Of a DNA stretch of 64,000 nt, positions 20,086 to 30,103 are shown in pieces. The position numbers and the translations under genes were made by a program. The notes under the pieces were generated by a model. The model saw nothing but the letters and a program-made list of their open reading frames with translations. It made no database searches and had not been told where the DNA came from. The stretch comes from Epithemia pelagica (taxonomy: Eukaryota > Protista > Bacillariophyta): NCBI GenBank assembly GCA_946965045.2, contig OX337233.1, positions 2,790,001-2,854,000 of the forward strand, read 5' to 3'. The first letter of the stretch is position 1, and each line of letters begins with the position of its first letter.

Positions 20086-20688
20086 ATGAAGTCCGCCATC
20101 TTTGCCTCCCTTGTTGCCACCGCCGCCGCCTTCGCTCCGGCTTCCCAAAAGGCCTCCTCCACGGCCTTGAACGCCTTCGAAGATGCTTTGGGTGCCCAGC
20201 CTCCTCTTGGTTTCTTCGATCCCCTCGGCCTTGTCGCTGACGGTGACCAAGAAAAGTTCGACCGCCTTCGTTACGTCGAATTGAAGCACGGCCGTATCTG
20301 CATGTTGGGTGTTGTCGGATACTTGGTCCAAGAAGCCGGAATCCGTCTTCCTGGAGACATTGACTTCTCTGGCACTTCTTTCGCCTCCATCCCCAACGGT
20401 TTCGCCGCCTTCAAGGCCATCCCCGCTGGTGGACTTGTGCAATTGTTGTTGTTCGTTGGTTTGTTGGAAGCCTGCGTTATGAAGGACCAAGCCAACGGTG
20501 CCGAACCCGGTGAATTCCCTGGTGACTTCCGTAACGGTGCCATTGACTATGGCTGGGACTCTTTCGACGAAGAGACCAAGTTGACCAAGCGTGCCATTGA
20601 ATTGAACCAAGGCCGTGCCGCCATGATGGGTTTGTTGGCCCTTATGGTCCACGAACAATTGGGAGTCTCCCTCATCCCTGATGTGTAA
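20086..20688 (+). CDS. LHCF: Fucoxanthin-chlorophyll a/c binding protein, Lhcf family (200 aa), copy 1
   Basis: AAAF-AP presequence, LGAQPPLGFFDPLG, ELKHGRICM and ELNQGRAAM. Confidence 0.97.
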   Translation: MKSAIFASLVATAAAFAPASQKASSTALNAFEDALGAQPPLGFFDPLGLVADGDQEKFDRLRYVELKHGRICMLGVVGYLVQEAGIRLPGDIDFSGTSFASIPNGFAAFKAIPAGGLVQLLLFVGLLEACVMKDQANGAEPGEFPGDFRNGAIDYGWDSFDEETKLTKRAIELNQGRAAMMGLLALMVHEQLGVSLIPDV

Positions 20689-21096
20689 AGAGCTCATCTG
20701 ATTGCAGTCCAGTTTTGTGTCAAGCGTCCACCCTCCGTTGTCTGACGGCATAGGACGTGATTCCAGAGAATCCTTTATAAACTAGACGTCAGTTTTTCCT
20801 GGCACATCATTTATGATGGTAGTCTACTGTTAGCAGAAGAGAATGTGGGAAAGAATGAGTATAACTACACAAGGGACAGAACTTATTCCGAATACTAGAT
20901 AGGTGAGCAAGTGTCTCTACTCATGGAAGGTGATTCTCATCCCCGGTCTTCGAGCATTATTCCGGAGCACTCTTTCTTGTTGTTGCAAGATATCGAATGT
21001 GATGGCAAACATTTAAGGCCTCCTCTGGGTTTAGATTATCGAGCGGAAATCGTCACACTAATGTCTCAGTTTATTGGCATGTCATTAAAATCTTCA

Positions 21097-22146
21097 TTAG
21101 TCCTCATCTTCCTCATCATCTTCATTGAGGTTCTCCATAGTTGCGCGTTCCTTTGCACTGGCCCTACTCTTGAACAACTGCTGCATGTCTTGGCCGCCAT
21201 CGTCTTCAGCACAATTTCGAGGTGTGTCTCCGTCTTGATCTGGTTGATCCGGATCTGCGCCGTGTTCGAGCAAAATCTTACAAACCGGCACATGCCCCGC
21301 AATGACGGCTGCCTGCAAAACCGAAATACCGTACTGGTCAGACGCCAGTACATTTGCTCCATATTGCAGTAGCAATCCGACTGCATCCAATGCTCCGGCA
21401 TCTGCTGCCATGTGCAAGGCTGATTGACCGCCTTCGTCTCTTTGATCAACACTGACTCCACCCTCTAGGAGAACACGGAGGGTGTCTACATTGTCTGCTC
21501 CCGCAGCCACCAACACTCGTTGTTCCGGTGTCATGTCATCTTCTTTTACAGGCTCAGGTTCCGTCGGTCTGCTACTGACACCGACTCCAAACGAAGGGGA
21601 TTTTGAGATACTTCCGCCATTCTTCAATATATCCGATGCTTGTTTGATGTACTGCTCTGACGCAACCTCTTTTGGCATTTCTCTAAACTGTGCCCACGCA
21701 TGGTGCTTTGACTGTTCTTGAAATGAAAGGGACAAAAAGAAAGCAGGAGCATCCCCCTTGGTGACTTGTTTGTAGAGTCCGTAAAGCAAAAGTTTGTCCG
21801 TCGTGGATATTTCAAAAGTTGCTTGACGGATTCTTGAAGCTGCCTCTTCAAAAGATAGTGCATCATCATTCTTTTGCGACTGATATCCACTCCTTAACTT
21901 GTCTGATCCTTCTGTTTTCGCACCCGCATAAGTTTTTTGCTGTGAAACATTCGAGTTATCATCATTGGATCGGTAGTTCAAGGCTGGTCTTCCCTTGAAC
22001 CTTCGATTGAGGACGTGATCCCACCACCATTTCATAAGTATTGAGACTGTGGCAGCCAGAGACAAGCCAAACACGAACCCAACTCCATTTCCTTCATGTT
22101 GCCTTTTCATGAGGGAGTTGTTACTTTGCATTCCAGAAAAAGACAT
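21097..22146 (-). CDS. Acyl-CoA-binding domain plus ankyrin repeat protein with N-terminal membrane anchor, copy B
   Basis: Hydrophobic GVGFVFGLSLAATVSILMKWWW, ACBP motif DKLLLYGLYKQVTKGDAP...HAW, and ankyrin GQSALHMAA, GISVLQAAV and GDTP. Confidence 0.88.
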   Translation of the reverse strand: MSFSGMQSNNSLMKRQHEGNGVGFVFGLSLAATVSILMKWWWDHVLNRRFKGRPALNYRSNDDNSNVSQQKTYAGAKTEGSDKLRSGYQSQKNDDALSFEEAASRIRQATFEISTTDKLLLYGLYKQVTKGDAPAFFLSLSFQEQSKHHAWAQFREMPKEVASEQYIKQASDILKNGGSISKSPSFGVGVSSRPTEPEPVKEDDMTPEQRVLVAAGADNVDTLRVLLEGGVSVDQRDEGGQSALHMAADAGALDAVGLLLQYGANVLASDQYGISVLQAAVIAGHVPVCKILLEHGADPDQPDQDGDTPRNCAEDDGGQDMQQLFKSRASAKERATMENLNEDDEEDED

Positions 22147-22734
22147 GATGGTACACAATGCCTTGTCCAATCTTCAAGGTTCAAAGCGCGGATCGGACTG
22201 AGAAAACGAATCAGCACACGGAGACAATGCAGCAGCAGTATTGCATTGAGACGTCGTCCCTTCTTTTGACTCTGATGAGGGTGAGGACGATGGACCCGAA
22301 CTGAGCTCGATCGCGAAGCAGTCCAGAAAGAATAGATCTACTCCTAAGAATATTAGGGTTGAGGGTACTCCTCTATAATTATTTAGGTAGTCAAGTTCCA
22401 CGGTTGGAGTCAGTCCGTAGTCCGTAGTCCGTAGGAGTAGTTCGTAGTCTGGTAGCTACACAGAGCTCTCAGTAGAGAGTTGACAGTTGACAGTCCCATA
22501 GCTCTTCTTCACATGGAGTAGGTCTCCTCCTGCTCCTATTTCTGAGATGGATTGGATTGAATGGACCGTGAGAAGGAGGAGAAACATACTCCCAATATCC
22601 ATCGAAGATGTGCGCTTGATCTGCTCCAGTAGCTGGCTAACAAAAGTTTAGACCTTCATACGTTCGAACATCAGACCAAGCGCGACTTGAGAAAAAAAAG
22701 TAATGTATGGTACAACTAGCTTCTAGTAGTGTAT

Positions 22735-23337
22735 TTAAACATCAGGGATGAGGGAGACACCCAATTGTTCGTGGACCATAAGGGCCAACAAACCCATCAT
22801 GGCGGCACGGCCTTGGTTCAATTCAATGGCACGCTTGGTCAACTTGGTCTCTTCGTCGAAAGAGTCCCAGCCATAGTCAATGGCACCGTTACGGAAGTCA
22901 CCAGGGAATTCACCGGGTTCGGCACCGTTGGCTTGGTCCTTCATGACGCAGGCTTCCAACAAACCAACGAACAACAACAATTGCACAAGTCCACCAGCGG
23001 GGATGGCCTTGAAGGCGGCGAAACCGTTGGGGATGGAGGCGAAAGAAGTGCCAGAGAAGTCAATGTCTCCAGGAAGACGGATTCCGGCTTCTTGGACCAA
23101 GTATCCGACAACACCCAACATGCAGATGCGGCCGTGCTTCAATTCGACGTAACGAAGGCGGTCGAACTTTTCTTGGTCACCGTCAGCGACAAGGCCGAGG
23201 GGATCGAAGAAACCAAGAGGAGGCTGGGCACCCAAAGCATCTTCGAAGGCGTTCAAGGCCGTGGAGGAGGCCTTTTGGGAAGCCGGGGCGAAGGCGGCGG
23301 CGGTGGCAACAAGGGAGGCAAAGATGGCGGACTTCAT
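22735..23337 (-). CDS. LHCF: Fucoxanthin-chlorophyll a/c binding protein, Lhcf family, copy 2 (protein identical to copy 1)
   Basis: Same 200-aa sequence as 20086-20688, in inverted orientation. Confidence 0.97.
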   Translation of the reverse strand: MKSAIFASLVATAAAFAPASQKASSTALNAFEDALGAQPPLGFFDPLGLVADGDQEKFDRLRYVELKHGRICMLGVVGYLVQEAGIRLPGDIDFSGTSFASIPNGFAAFKAIPAGGLVQLLLFVGLLEACVMKDQANGAEPGEFPGDFRNGAIDYGWDSFDEETKLTKRAIELNQGRAAMMGLLALMVHEQLGVSLIPDV

Positions 23338-24618
23338 GATTTCTCTGTTCTAGAAGAATATGGGAGAAGACCGTCTGGAGGCTGAGAGCTGAGAGTGCTC
23401 CCGGACGATTGCCGAAGGACCCAGCTGTCGTATCCAGAACTCAACACATCTTCGAGGTTCAAGGATGTGATTCGGTTCATCTTCAACAAAAGGATTCCAA
23501 AAATTACTCGGAAGCATCGTCTGACCATACGTGCGATATGTGGTCAGTTGAATCGCAATGGTATCTTGAAAATCTTAGACGTTCAGATTTCAGATAGAAG
23601 AATTAGACGGCTATTCTATGAATCTAGAGTATCTTAGGAGTAGACTTCCACATATTGTAAAAGAAAGACTGACTATACTCTAGCAAAACTCTATTTTTGC
23701 GGTGTAAGCAATCACGTAGACGCCTTGGATATGATTGAAAGACTTGATGTTGGAGATTTGCTTTGTGACTCAGTCTCCAGCAATCATAAGAAGCAATGGA
23801 AGACGTTGGATTGTCGTTGGCCGAGCCAATAATGTGGATTAGCAGCCGCAGCCGGACATGAAAGATTCATTGTAATGGCGGGTGGTGAATATGATGGCAA
23901 GAATTTCTCAACAGTTGATATGGTTGACACATGATCTGAAAGTCAATGTGCCGTAATATCGGGGCTACCGAAGTCTTTTTGGAATGGCTGTGATTGGTCA
24001 AAGTATTTATTCGGTTGGTGGGAGTGGGAATGGTTGAAGAGATAAGGAGAGAGGATATGAGGACTTGGAAGAAAGACCCAAAGGTGTATCCTGGACAAGA
24101 TACACAACCATCTGTTCTTGATTCTCCTCAATGTAATCATGGTGTTGTCAAAGTTGGATGTTATTTTGATCTTTTCGGAGGGGAAAAGAAAAAGCTTCCG
24201 AGGTCAAGAAGACAAACAACGGAACATCGTAGAGCAGCTGCCAGAAATGACATTCGTTTGATGGCTCTCGGCAAGGCCTCAATCCGACCGGAACATTACT
24301 TTGAGTTTGTTGCGAGACCACTGTTTCCTTTCTAAGTTACTTGTGTAAGAATGAACCAGGCCTACATAATGGAACACACGAAAAACGCTTTGAGTTGAAC
24401 TGGCGAATAACACGACTCTCAATCCAGAGAGAGCATTTCTTGCTTAGGATTAGCGATTAGCTGGACAAACCAAACGCTGGTTCGAAGTAGCTTTTGTAAT
24501 TCACACCGTAGAAAAGGCCACTGTCCCAGGGAGCAGAGAAAATCCGATCGTGCTGTTCCCGTCATATCAAACACGTATTTGAGTGCGAGCATCAGGTTAA
24601 TCAGCCTTCGTCCGGCGT

Positions 24619-25830
24619 TTAGTTGGCTACAGGTTTCTCCATCCATCCGAAAAGGTCCAGTGAATTTTGGTAAATGGTGTTGGCAACCATGGCCAAGGGT
24701 TTTTGGTGCACCCCTGCAACGACTTCGGCGACTTGTACCACATGACATGGTTCCTGCCGATTCTTGACGGGGTGTCCCATTTCAAATTTCTTTTCCGCCT
24801 TGGCGTCGAATGTCGTTCGAATGAAGGAAAATCCAGCATGTGTTTTACGAATATCACAATACGGACAGTCTGTTTCGATTAGTAAACGATTGAGGGGTAA
24901 CTCTGCCACGGTCTTTAGATTTTCTTCGGTTCGCAAACTGCATCCATTCAAACCAACATAGAGCGATCCTGTCTCCAGGAATTTGGACGCAAGTTCAATG
25001 GTATCATCAAAGGAATGGACGACCCCTCCTCGTTTCCAGCAATCCTGGTGTCCCATTAAAATGTCGTAGAGGTCGGACCCTACATTCCGATTATGGAGGA
25101 ACAATGGAAGTTCTGCCGCTTTGGCCAGAACCTGCAGTTGTCGAACCAAGTACTTTTGTTGAATATCTTTGGGGCAAAATTCGAGACGATCGTAGTCGAG
25201 TCCAATTTCACCAATGGCCACCACGACGCCCTCTTGTTTGCCTTCCATGGCAATCTCGACCAATTGTTTCAAAACCTCTTCATCCTCCATGCCATTGTCC
25301 ACAAATTCTTGTTGACATCGAGTCGGGTGCACACCAACGGTACACGAAAAGTGAATTCCTGTGCTCTTTTTCTCGTTCCGTTCCTTGCAAAATTCCACCG
25401 CCTGTCGACTTTCCTGGAGGGTCCCCGCCGTCACGACCATGTGTCGAACTCCGACCTGCTCCGCACGTTCCAGGACGAGATCAAGATCGGGTTCATGTCG
25501 TTCCGTTCCTCGGTAGATGCCCTGGTATCGATCGTCCAGAATATTGGCACCAATGTCCACAAAACGGTTTGGTTGTTGCTGTTGGCTTGACTCTTGATGC
25601 GCCATGCTTTGGCTGGTCGTTCTGCTCACGGTGGTGAAGGAACGTTGTTGTTGCCTGGGCCTTTTATAGGTCGTAAAGGCTGATGTTGGGATAACGTCAC
25701 GTCGTACTTCTCGAATTCTCCAACCAAATCCCGCTACAGACAAGAAGGATGCGTTCCAGGAGGAAGAAACCAAGAGAGACAGAGACCAAAGATACGTCGT
25801 TTTGCTGCTGCTTCCGTATCGCTGGACCAT
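24619..25830 (-). CDS. TATDN1: TatD-family DNase (TATDN1-like) with N-terminal extension
   Basis: FVDIGAN, TVGVHPT, AIGEIGLDYDR, PLFLHNR, GVVHSF and IETDCPYC. Start uncertain (ATG 25830 or the downstream MAHQ). Confidence 0.9.
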   Translation of the reverse strand: MVQRYGSSSKTTYLWSLSLLVSSSWNASFLSVAGFGWRIREVRRDVIPTSAFTTYKRPRQQQRSFTTVSRTTSQSMAHQESSQQQQPNRFVDIGANILDDRYQGIYRGTERHEPDLDLVLERAEQVGVRHMVVTAGTLQESRQAVEFCKERNEKKSTGIHFSCTVGVHPTRCQQEFVDNGMEDEEVLKQLVEIAMEGKQEGVVVAIGEIGLDYDRLEFCPKDIQQKYLVRQLQVLAKAAELPLFLHNRNVGSDLYDILMGHQDCWKRGGVVHSFDDTIELASKFLETGSLYVGLNGCSLRTEENLKTVAELPLNRLLIETDCPYCDIRKTHAGFSFIRTTFDAKAEKKFEMGHPVKNRQEPCHVVQVAEVVAGVHQKPLAMVANTIYQNSLDLFGWMEKPVAN

Positions 25831-26254
25831 GGTCCATGGTCGTCGTCGTCGTCGTCGTCGCCCTCGTGTCTTTGCCCGAAGAGCGACGTCGGGTGTGACA
25901 GTGGAAAAGGCGTGCGGGCTTGTGGTAGAAGTATGATAACCGCTAAGAAAATGAGTCGTTCTCGAAATGTTTTCTATTCCGATAAGCACTCCCTATCGCC
26001 TCCCTTTCGGTTTCGGAGTTTTGCTCTCTCATTCCCACTAAACTGCAAGGTCACAGACCGTTACGGTACTTAAAGGAAAGTTGGCGGGCCGCCTTTTTCA
26101 TTGCATCCTCAGAAAATATAAAAAAAAAAATTGTTGCGGGAAGGAGCTTTTGGCGGTGTTGACCATCGTCGCTATATCCTATCATTCCATCAACGACACG
26201 CATTGCTGCTAGCCTTTTCTTATTATTTCTCGAGGTGTGAATATTCTGGAAACC

Positions 26255-28078
26255 ATGAGCACTCCTGCGAAGCCAGCAGATGTAAGTTTGAAGTTACAGT
26301 CGACCATCTCTCATGGCTCGTTCGAGACAGTCGTTTTAGGCCGTGCGAGCATTGTTGTGAGGCTCACCAAAGTTGTTTTGATATAATTGTCTTCTTTACT
26401 TTCACGATTGTAGCAACGACGAGGCATTAAGAAGAATGTCGATGTGGAGGAGTCTCGTCGCTCCCGAGAAGAGACAACCTTGCAAATACGAAAAAACAAG
26501 AAGGATGCTCGCATGGCGAAACGTCGACAAATGCCCACGGGAGGTTTGGACCCGACTCCGGCTGGAATGGCGGCGGCCTCGATGCTCATGAACTCGGGTG
26601 ATTCCACCTACTCCAGTATGATTGATCCTTCGGGACAAAATTCACAGGCATCTGGTGTACGAACCTCCATTACAGCATCGAAACTAGAACAACTCCCCGC
26701 CATGGTGCAAGGTGTGCGGGGCAATGATCCGGCCGTGCAGACCGAATGCACCACTCAATTTCGCCGCCTCTTGTCCATCGAGAAGAATCCTCCGATCCAA
26801 CAAGTCATTGATGCGGGTGTGGTTCCCCGCTTTGTGGAGTTTTTGGCCAGGGATGACAACCCGGCCCTTCAGTTTGAGGCTGCCTGGGCCTTGACGAACA
26901 TTGCCAGTGGCACCTCCGAGCACACCAAGGTGGTCATGGAAGTTGGTGCGGTGCCTATTTTTGTTCGTTTGCTCACCAGTCCTAACGATGACGTTCGAGA
27001 ACAAGCCGTTTGGGCGCTCGGAAACATTGCGGGAGATTCTCCACCCTGCCGTGATCTCGTCTTGCAAGCCGGGGCGATGCAACCCTTGCTCATGCAACTT
27101 CACCAAAACAGTAAACTCAGCATGCTTCGCAATGCCACCTGGACCTTGTCCAATTTCTGCCGTGGAAAGCCGCAACCAGATTTCGAAATGGTCCGCACCG
27201 CCCTCCCCACGCTTTCTCAGCTCATTTTCTCGCCGGACGAAGAAGTGCTCACCGATGCTTGCTGGGCACTGTCCTATTTGAGTGATGGTCCCAATGAGAA
27301 AATTCAAGCCGTTATTGAAGCTGGAGTCTGCCGTCGTCTCGTTGAGCTTCTTTTGAACCCCTCGCCGGCGGTCCAAACTCCTGCGCTCCGTACGGTTGGA
27401 AATATTGTCACCGGAAATGACTTGCAAACGCAGTTTGTCATCAACAACAATGCCTTGCCCTGTTTGTTGGCGCTTCTCAGCAGCCCGAAGAAGGGAATTC
27501 GAAAGGAGGCTTGCTGGACCATCTCCAACATTACTGCTGGGAACAAGGAGCAAATTCAAGCCGTGATTGAAAACAACATTATCCCTCCACTCATCCAGTT
27601 GCTTACCAATGCGGAGTTTGACATTCGCAAAGAAGCTGCCTGGGCCGTCTCCAATGCTACCAGTGGCGGAAGCCCCGATCAGATTCGATTTTTGGTGCAA
27701 CAAGGTTGCATTCGTCCTTTGTGTGACCTCTTGATGGTCTCGGACCCCAAGATTGTTACCATTGCTCTGGAAGGCTTGGAGAATATTCTCAAGGTTGGTG
27801 AAGAAGACGCACGGGCCTCCAACAACCAAAATCAAATGGCCTTGTTTGTGAGTGAAGCCGAGGGTTTGACCAAGATTGAAGAGCTCCAGCAGCACACCAA
27901 CAATGACATTTATGAAAAGTGCATCAAAATCCTTGAAACCTACTTTGGAGTGGAAGAAGAAGAGGAAATGGTGGGAATGGCCCCGACTACGGACGAAACG
28001 GGACAGTTTGGCTTTGGCATGTCGGACAATGCCGGTCCTGGTGGAGCCTTTGACTTTTCCGGTGGAGCTGGACAATAA
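26255..28078 (+). CDS. KPNA: Importin alpha; exons 26255-26281 and 26414-28078
   Basis: IBB domain ([17 protein letters not shown]), ARM repeats ([28 protein letters not shown]) and a phase-0 GTAAGT...TAG intron at 26282-26413. Confidence 0.97.
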
Positions 28079-28122
28079 AAGCACATTTGGATCGATCCAC
28101 AAGAAGTGAAAGTAATATCGTC

Positions 28123-28362
28123 ATGGCGGCTTTGGCCGAGGAGGTTTTAGAGAAAGCTTCCCGGTTCCACAAACCCGTTCATGCCAGCAACCTTTACATG
28201 GCGTTTCCGCCCGAAGCTGACACCCAGTTACAATTTTTAAAAGGTCTCTGCGGCCTTGAGGAGAGCAAGTTCATCGATGTCCAACTTGTGTCCCCAAGCC
28301 CCCAGCTACCGTTAATCCAACTATACTATAGAACACCCAAACGTACTTTACCAATCTTGTAG
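28123..28362 (+). CDS. Short ORF (79 aa) of unknown function, or gene remnant
   Basis: ATG in good context (TCATGGCGG) 44 bp after the importin stop, with protein-like sequence MAALAEEVLEKASRF. No motif recognised. Confidence 0.25.
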   Translation: MAALAEEVLEKASRFHKPVHASNLYMAFPPEADTQLQFLKGLCGLEESKFIDVQLVSPSPQLPLIQLYYRTPKRTLPIL

Positions 28363-28486
28363 TGTGTTGTAGGATTCGCGTTGACTTTCGGTCTCTTGGT
28401 AACAAAGTGCATCAAGACTTCGTCTTGATAAGAACATGGATAACGACGATACTATAGAGAAAAAGAACTATCGTTTCCAAGAGTAT

Positions 28487-29809
28487 TCATGGTGTTTTGT
28501 CAGCATACAGTGTGAGCTTTCGGTCTCTTCCTTGGAGTGAAAGACGAATGGCAGCACATCGCGTAAAAACGTCGAGTCCTAGAATGCCACCCACGTTTTG
28601 ACTCGCCAAGTTTTGAAGAAGAGGAATATCCCCAATATCTATTCCTAGGCGAGCATTACCCGCCAAGGAAAGGCCTGCCAAGTCTGAACCTGGTGGCTGT
28701 CCCAAATGAAGCTGGCTGCTCACAAAGATTCGGTGAGTTAACGCAAATGCTTGACCCGTGTTGCCCATGGCTCCCGCAGCATCCGGTATTCGATAAACAC
28801 CTTTGGACTGTGCCGTCAAACCCAAGTCTCGCAAACCTTTCCAACTCAAAAACGTGTTGGATCCACCCGTATCAACAATCATGGAGACGGGACCACGTTC
28901 GCCCACGTAGACATTGACTGTATACACGCCCATGCTACCCAACATGTTCAAACTCCCCGAAGCAACTGGCTCCAGGTTATTGTCCTCCACGGCTGGGGCT
29001 TTTTCTTTGTACAGTTGGAGCTGTTCGGTTCGGTAATCAAATTGGACCGTTTCGAATTGACCAAGGAAAGACAAACCGACAATGCCGTCTACGGACTGTG
29101 GTATGACTTCCAAGTCTTGAACAGCTGCCGGAAGCCGACCAAAGGATGTCCCTCCCACGGAAAAGGAGGGGATTTCGGCCAAACCCACCTGTTCGGCTTG
29201 TCCACTGGCACCGGTAGATGTAACTGGGTTTGGTAGAACTGGAATGTTATGCTTTTTCACTGACGACGATTTGAGAACGATACCACTGCAGGCTGTATCC
29301 ACCATGAGACAAAGGCTATATTTGCCAGAGACGTTCAGGTCCATGGTGGCAAAAGGCTGATCGGTCGGCTGGAATTTCAGTGTTCTTGGTTCTGTAGAAG
29401 CCACTGTGACTTCTTCATTACCGCGAAGGGATATCAGTTTGAGAGGTGTCGTAATGCAAGCGTCGTTTGCCTTGGTCGCCCATGGTTTTTCTGTTACGTG
29501 GCTGTTGTTGGTTTTCTCGTCCTCCTTGGACAGGAGGGCACTGGAGAGTCTTTGAACGAGTTCTTCCTTCTCAAACACATCATTGCAGGGTATTGATTTT
29601 TCTTGAAGCTCTTTCTTCAATTCTCGGACCGATTTACTTCGAAGTTCGGCCACTACACCTTCCTCTACGGCACTGTTCTGGATTGCCACCGTCGTACGAC
29701 GATTCAACTGGACTCTGTTTTGGCTGGTGGTCCATCCGACAAACGCTGTTGCCATGGGAACGGAACTCGCCAACAAGAAACCAAGTAGCAATGTGGATGA
29801 ACGCTTCAT
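28487..29809 (-). CDS. Plastid-targeted two-domain retropepsin-like aspartic protease with a SAP/LEM-like helical module
   Basis: Signal peptide ending MATAF-V, helical module SVRELKKEL...EKEELV, and two catalytic-type motifs LMVDTACS and MIVDTGGS, each followed later by a GIVG/GILG motif. Confidence 0.8.
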   Translation of the reverse strand: MKRSSTLLLGFLLASSVPMATAFVGWTTSQNRVQLNRRTTVAIQNSAVEEGVVAELRSKSVRELKKELQEKSIPCNDVFEKEELVQRLSSALLSKEDEKTNNSHVTEKPWATKANDACITTPLKLISLRGNEEVTVASTEPRTLKFQPTDQPFATMDLNVSGKYSLCLMVDTACSGIVLKSSSVKKHNIPVLPNPVTSTGASGQAEQVGLAEIPSFSVGGTSFGRLPAAVQDLEVIPQSVDGIVGLSFLGQFETVQFDYRTEQLQLYKEKAPAVEDNNLEPVASGSLNMLGSMGVYTVNVYVGERGPVSMIVDTGGSNTFLSWKGLRDLGLTAQSKGVYRIPDAAGAMGNTGQAFALTHRIFVSSQLHLGQPPGSDLAGLSLAGNARLGIDIGDIPLLQNLASQNVGGILGLDVFTRCAAIRLSLQGRDRKLTLYADKTP

Positions 29810-30103
29810 CTTGTCTTCTTTGTTGCCATGCTGCGCATACACCAATTGTTTGAATCACAACGAAATCGTCTCGCATTGTCAAATTGGATGAAATGCCACG
29901 TCACTCCTTCCTCGACATAGACCTTTCATTAGGGATTGGGAACTTGATCCGGTTCAGATTCTTCCTCAGCGTGAAAAATGTAGAAGATCGAAATATTATG
30001 ATCATTTTTATCTAGTACAACTTTGAATCGCTCAAGTGTAATAACTTCCGTGACACCTCTTTTGAGAAATGGCAGCGACAACCAAGATTCATCGTTGACC
30101 ACC

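Noticed and set aside
19972-23385. 259-aa and 218-aa ORFs opposite the LHCF genes
   Set aside because: Antisense frames kept open by strong codon bias of highly expressed genes.
23400-24600. Several short ORFs between LHCF copy 2 and TatD
   Set aside because: No motifs and inconsistent frames; treated as intergenic.
26684-28102. 472-aa minus-strand ORF
   Set aside because: Antisense to importin alpha, with no motifs; a codon-bias artefact.
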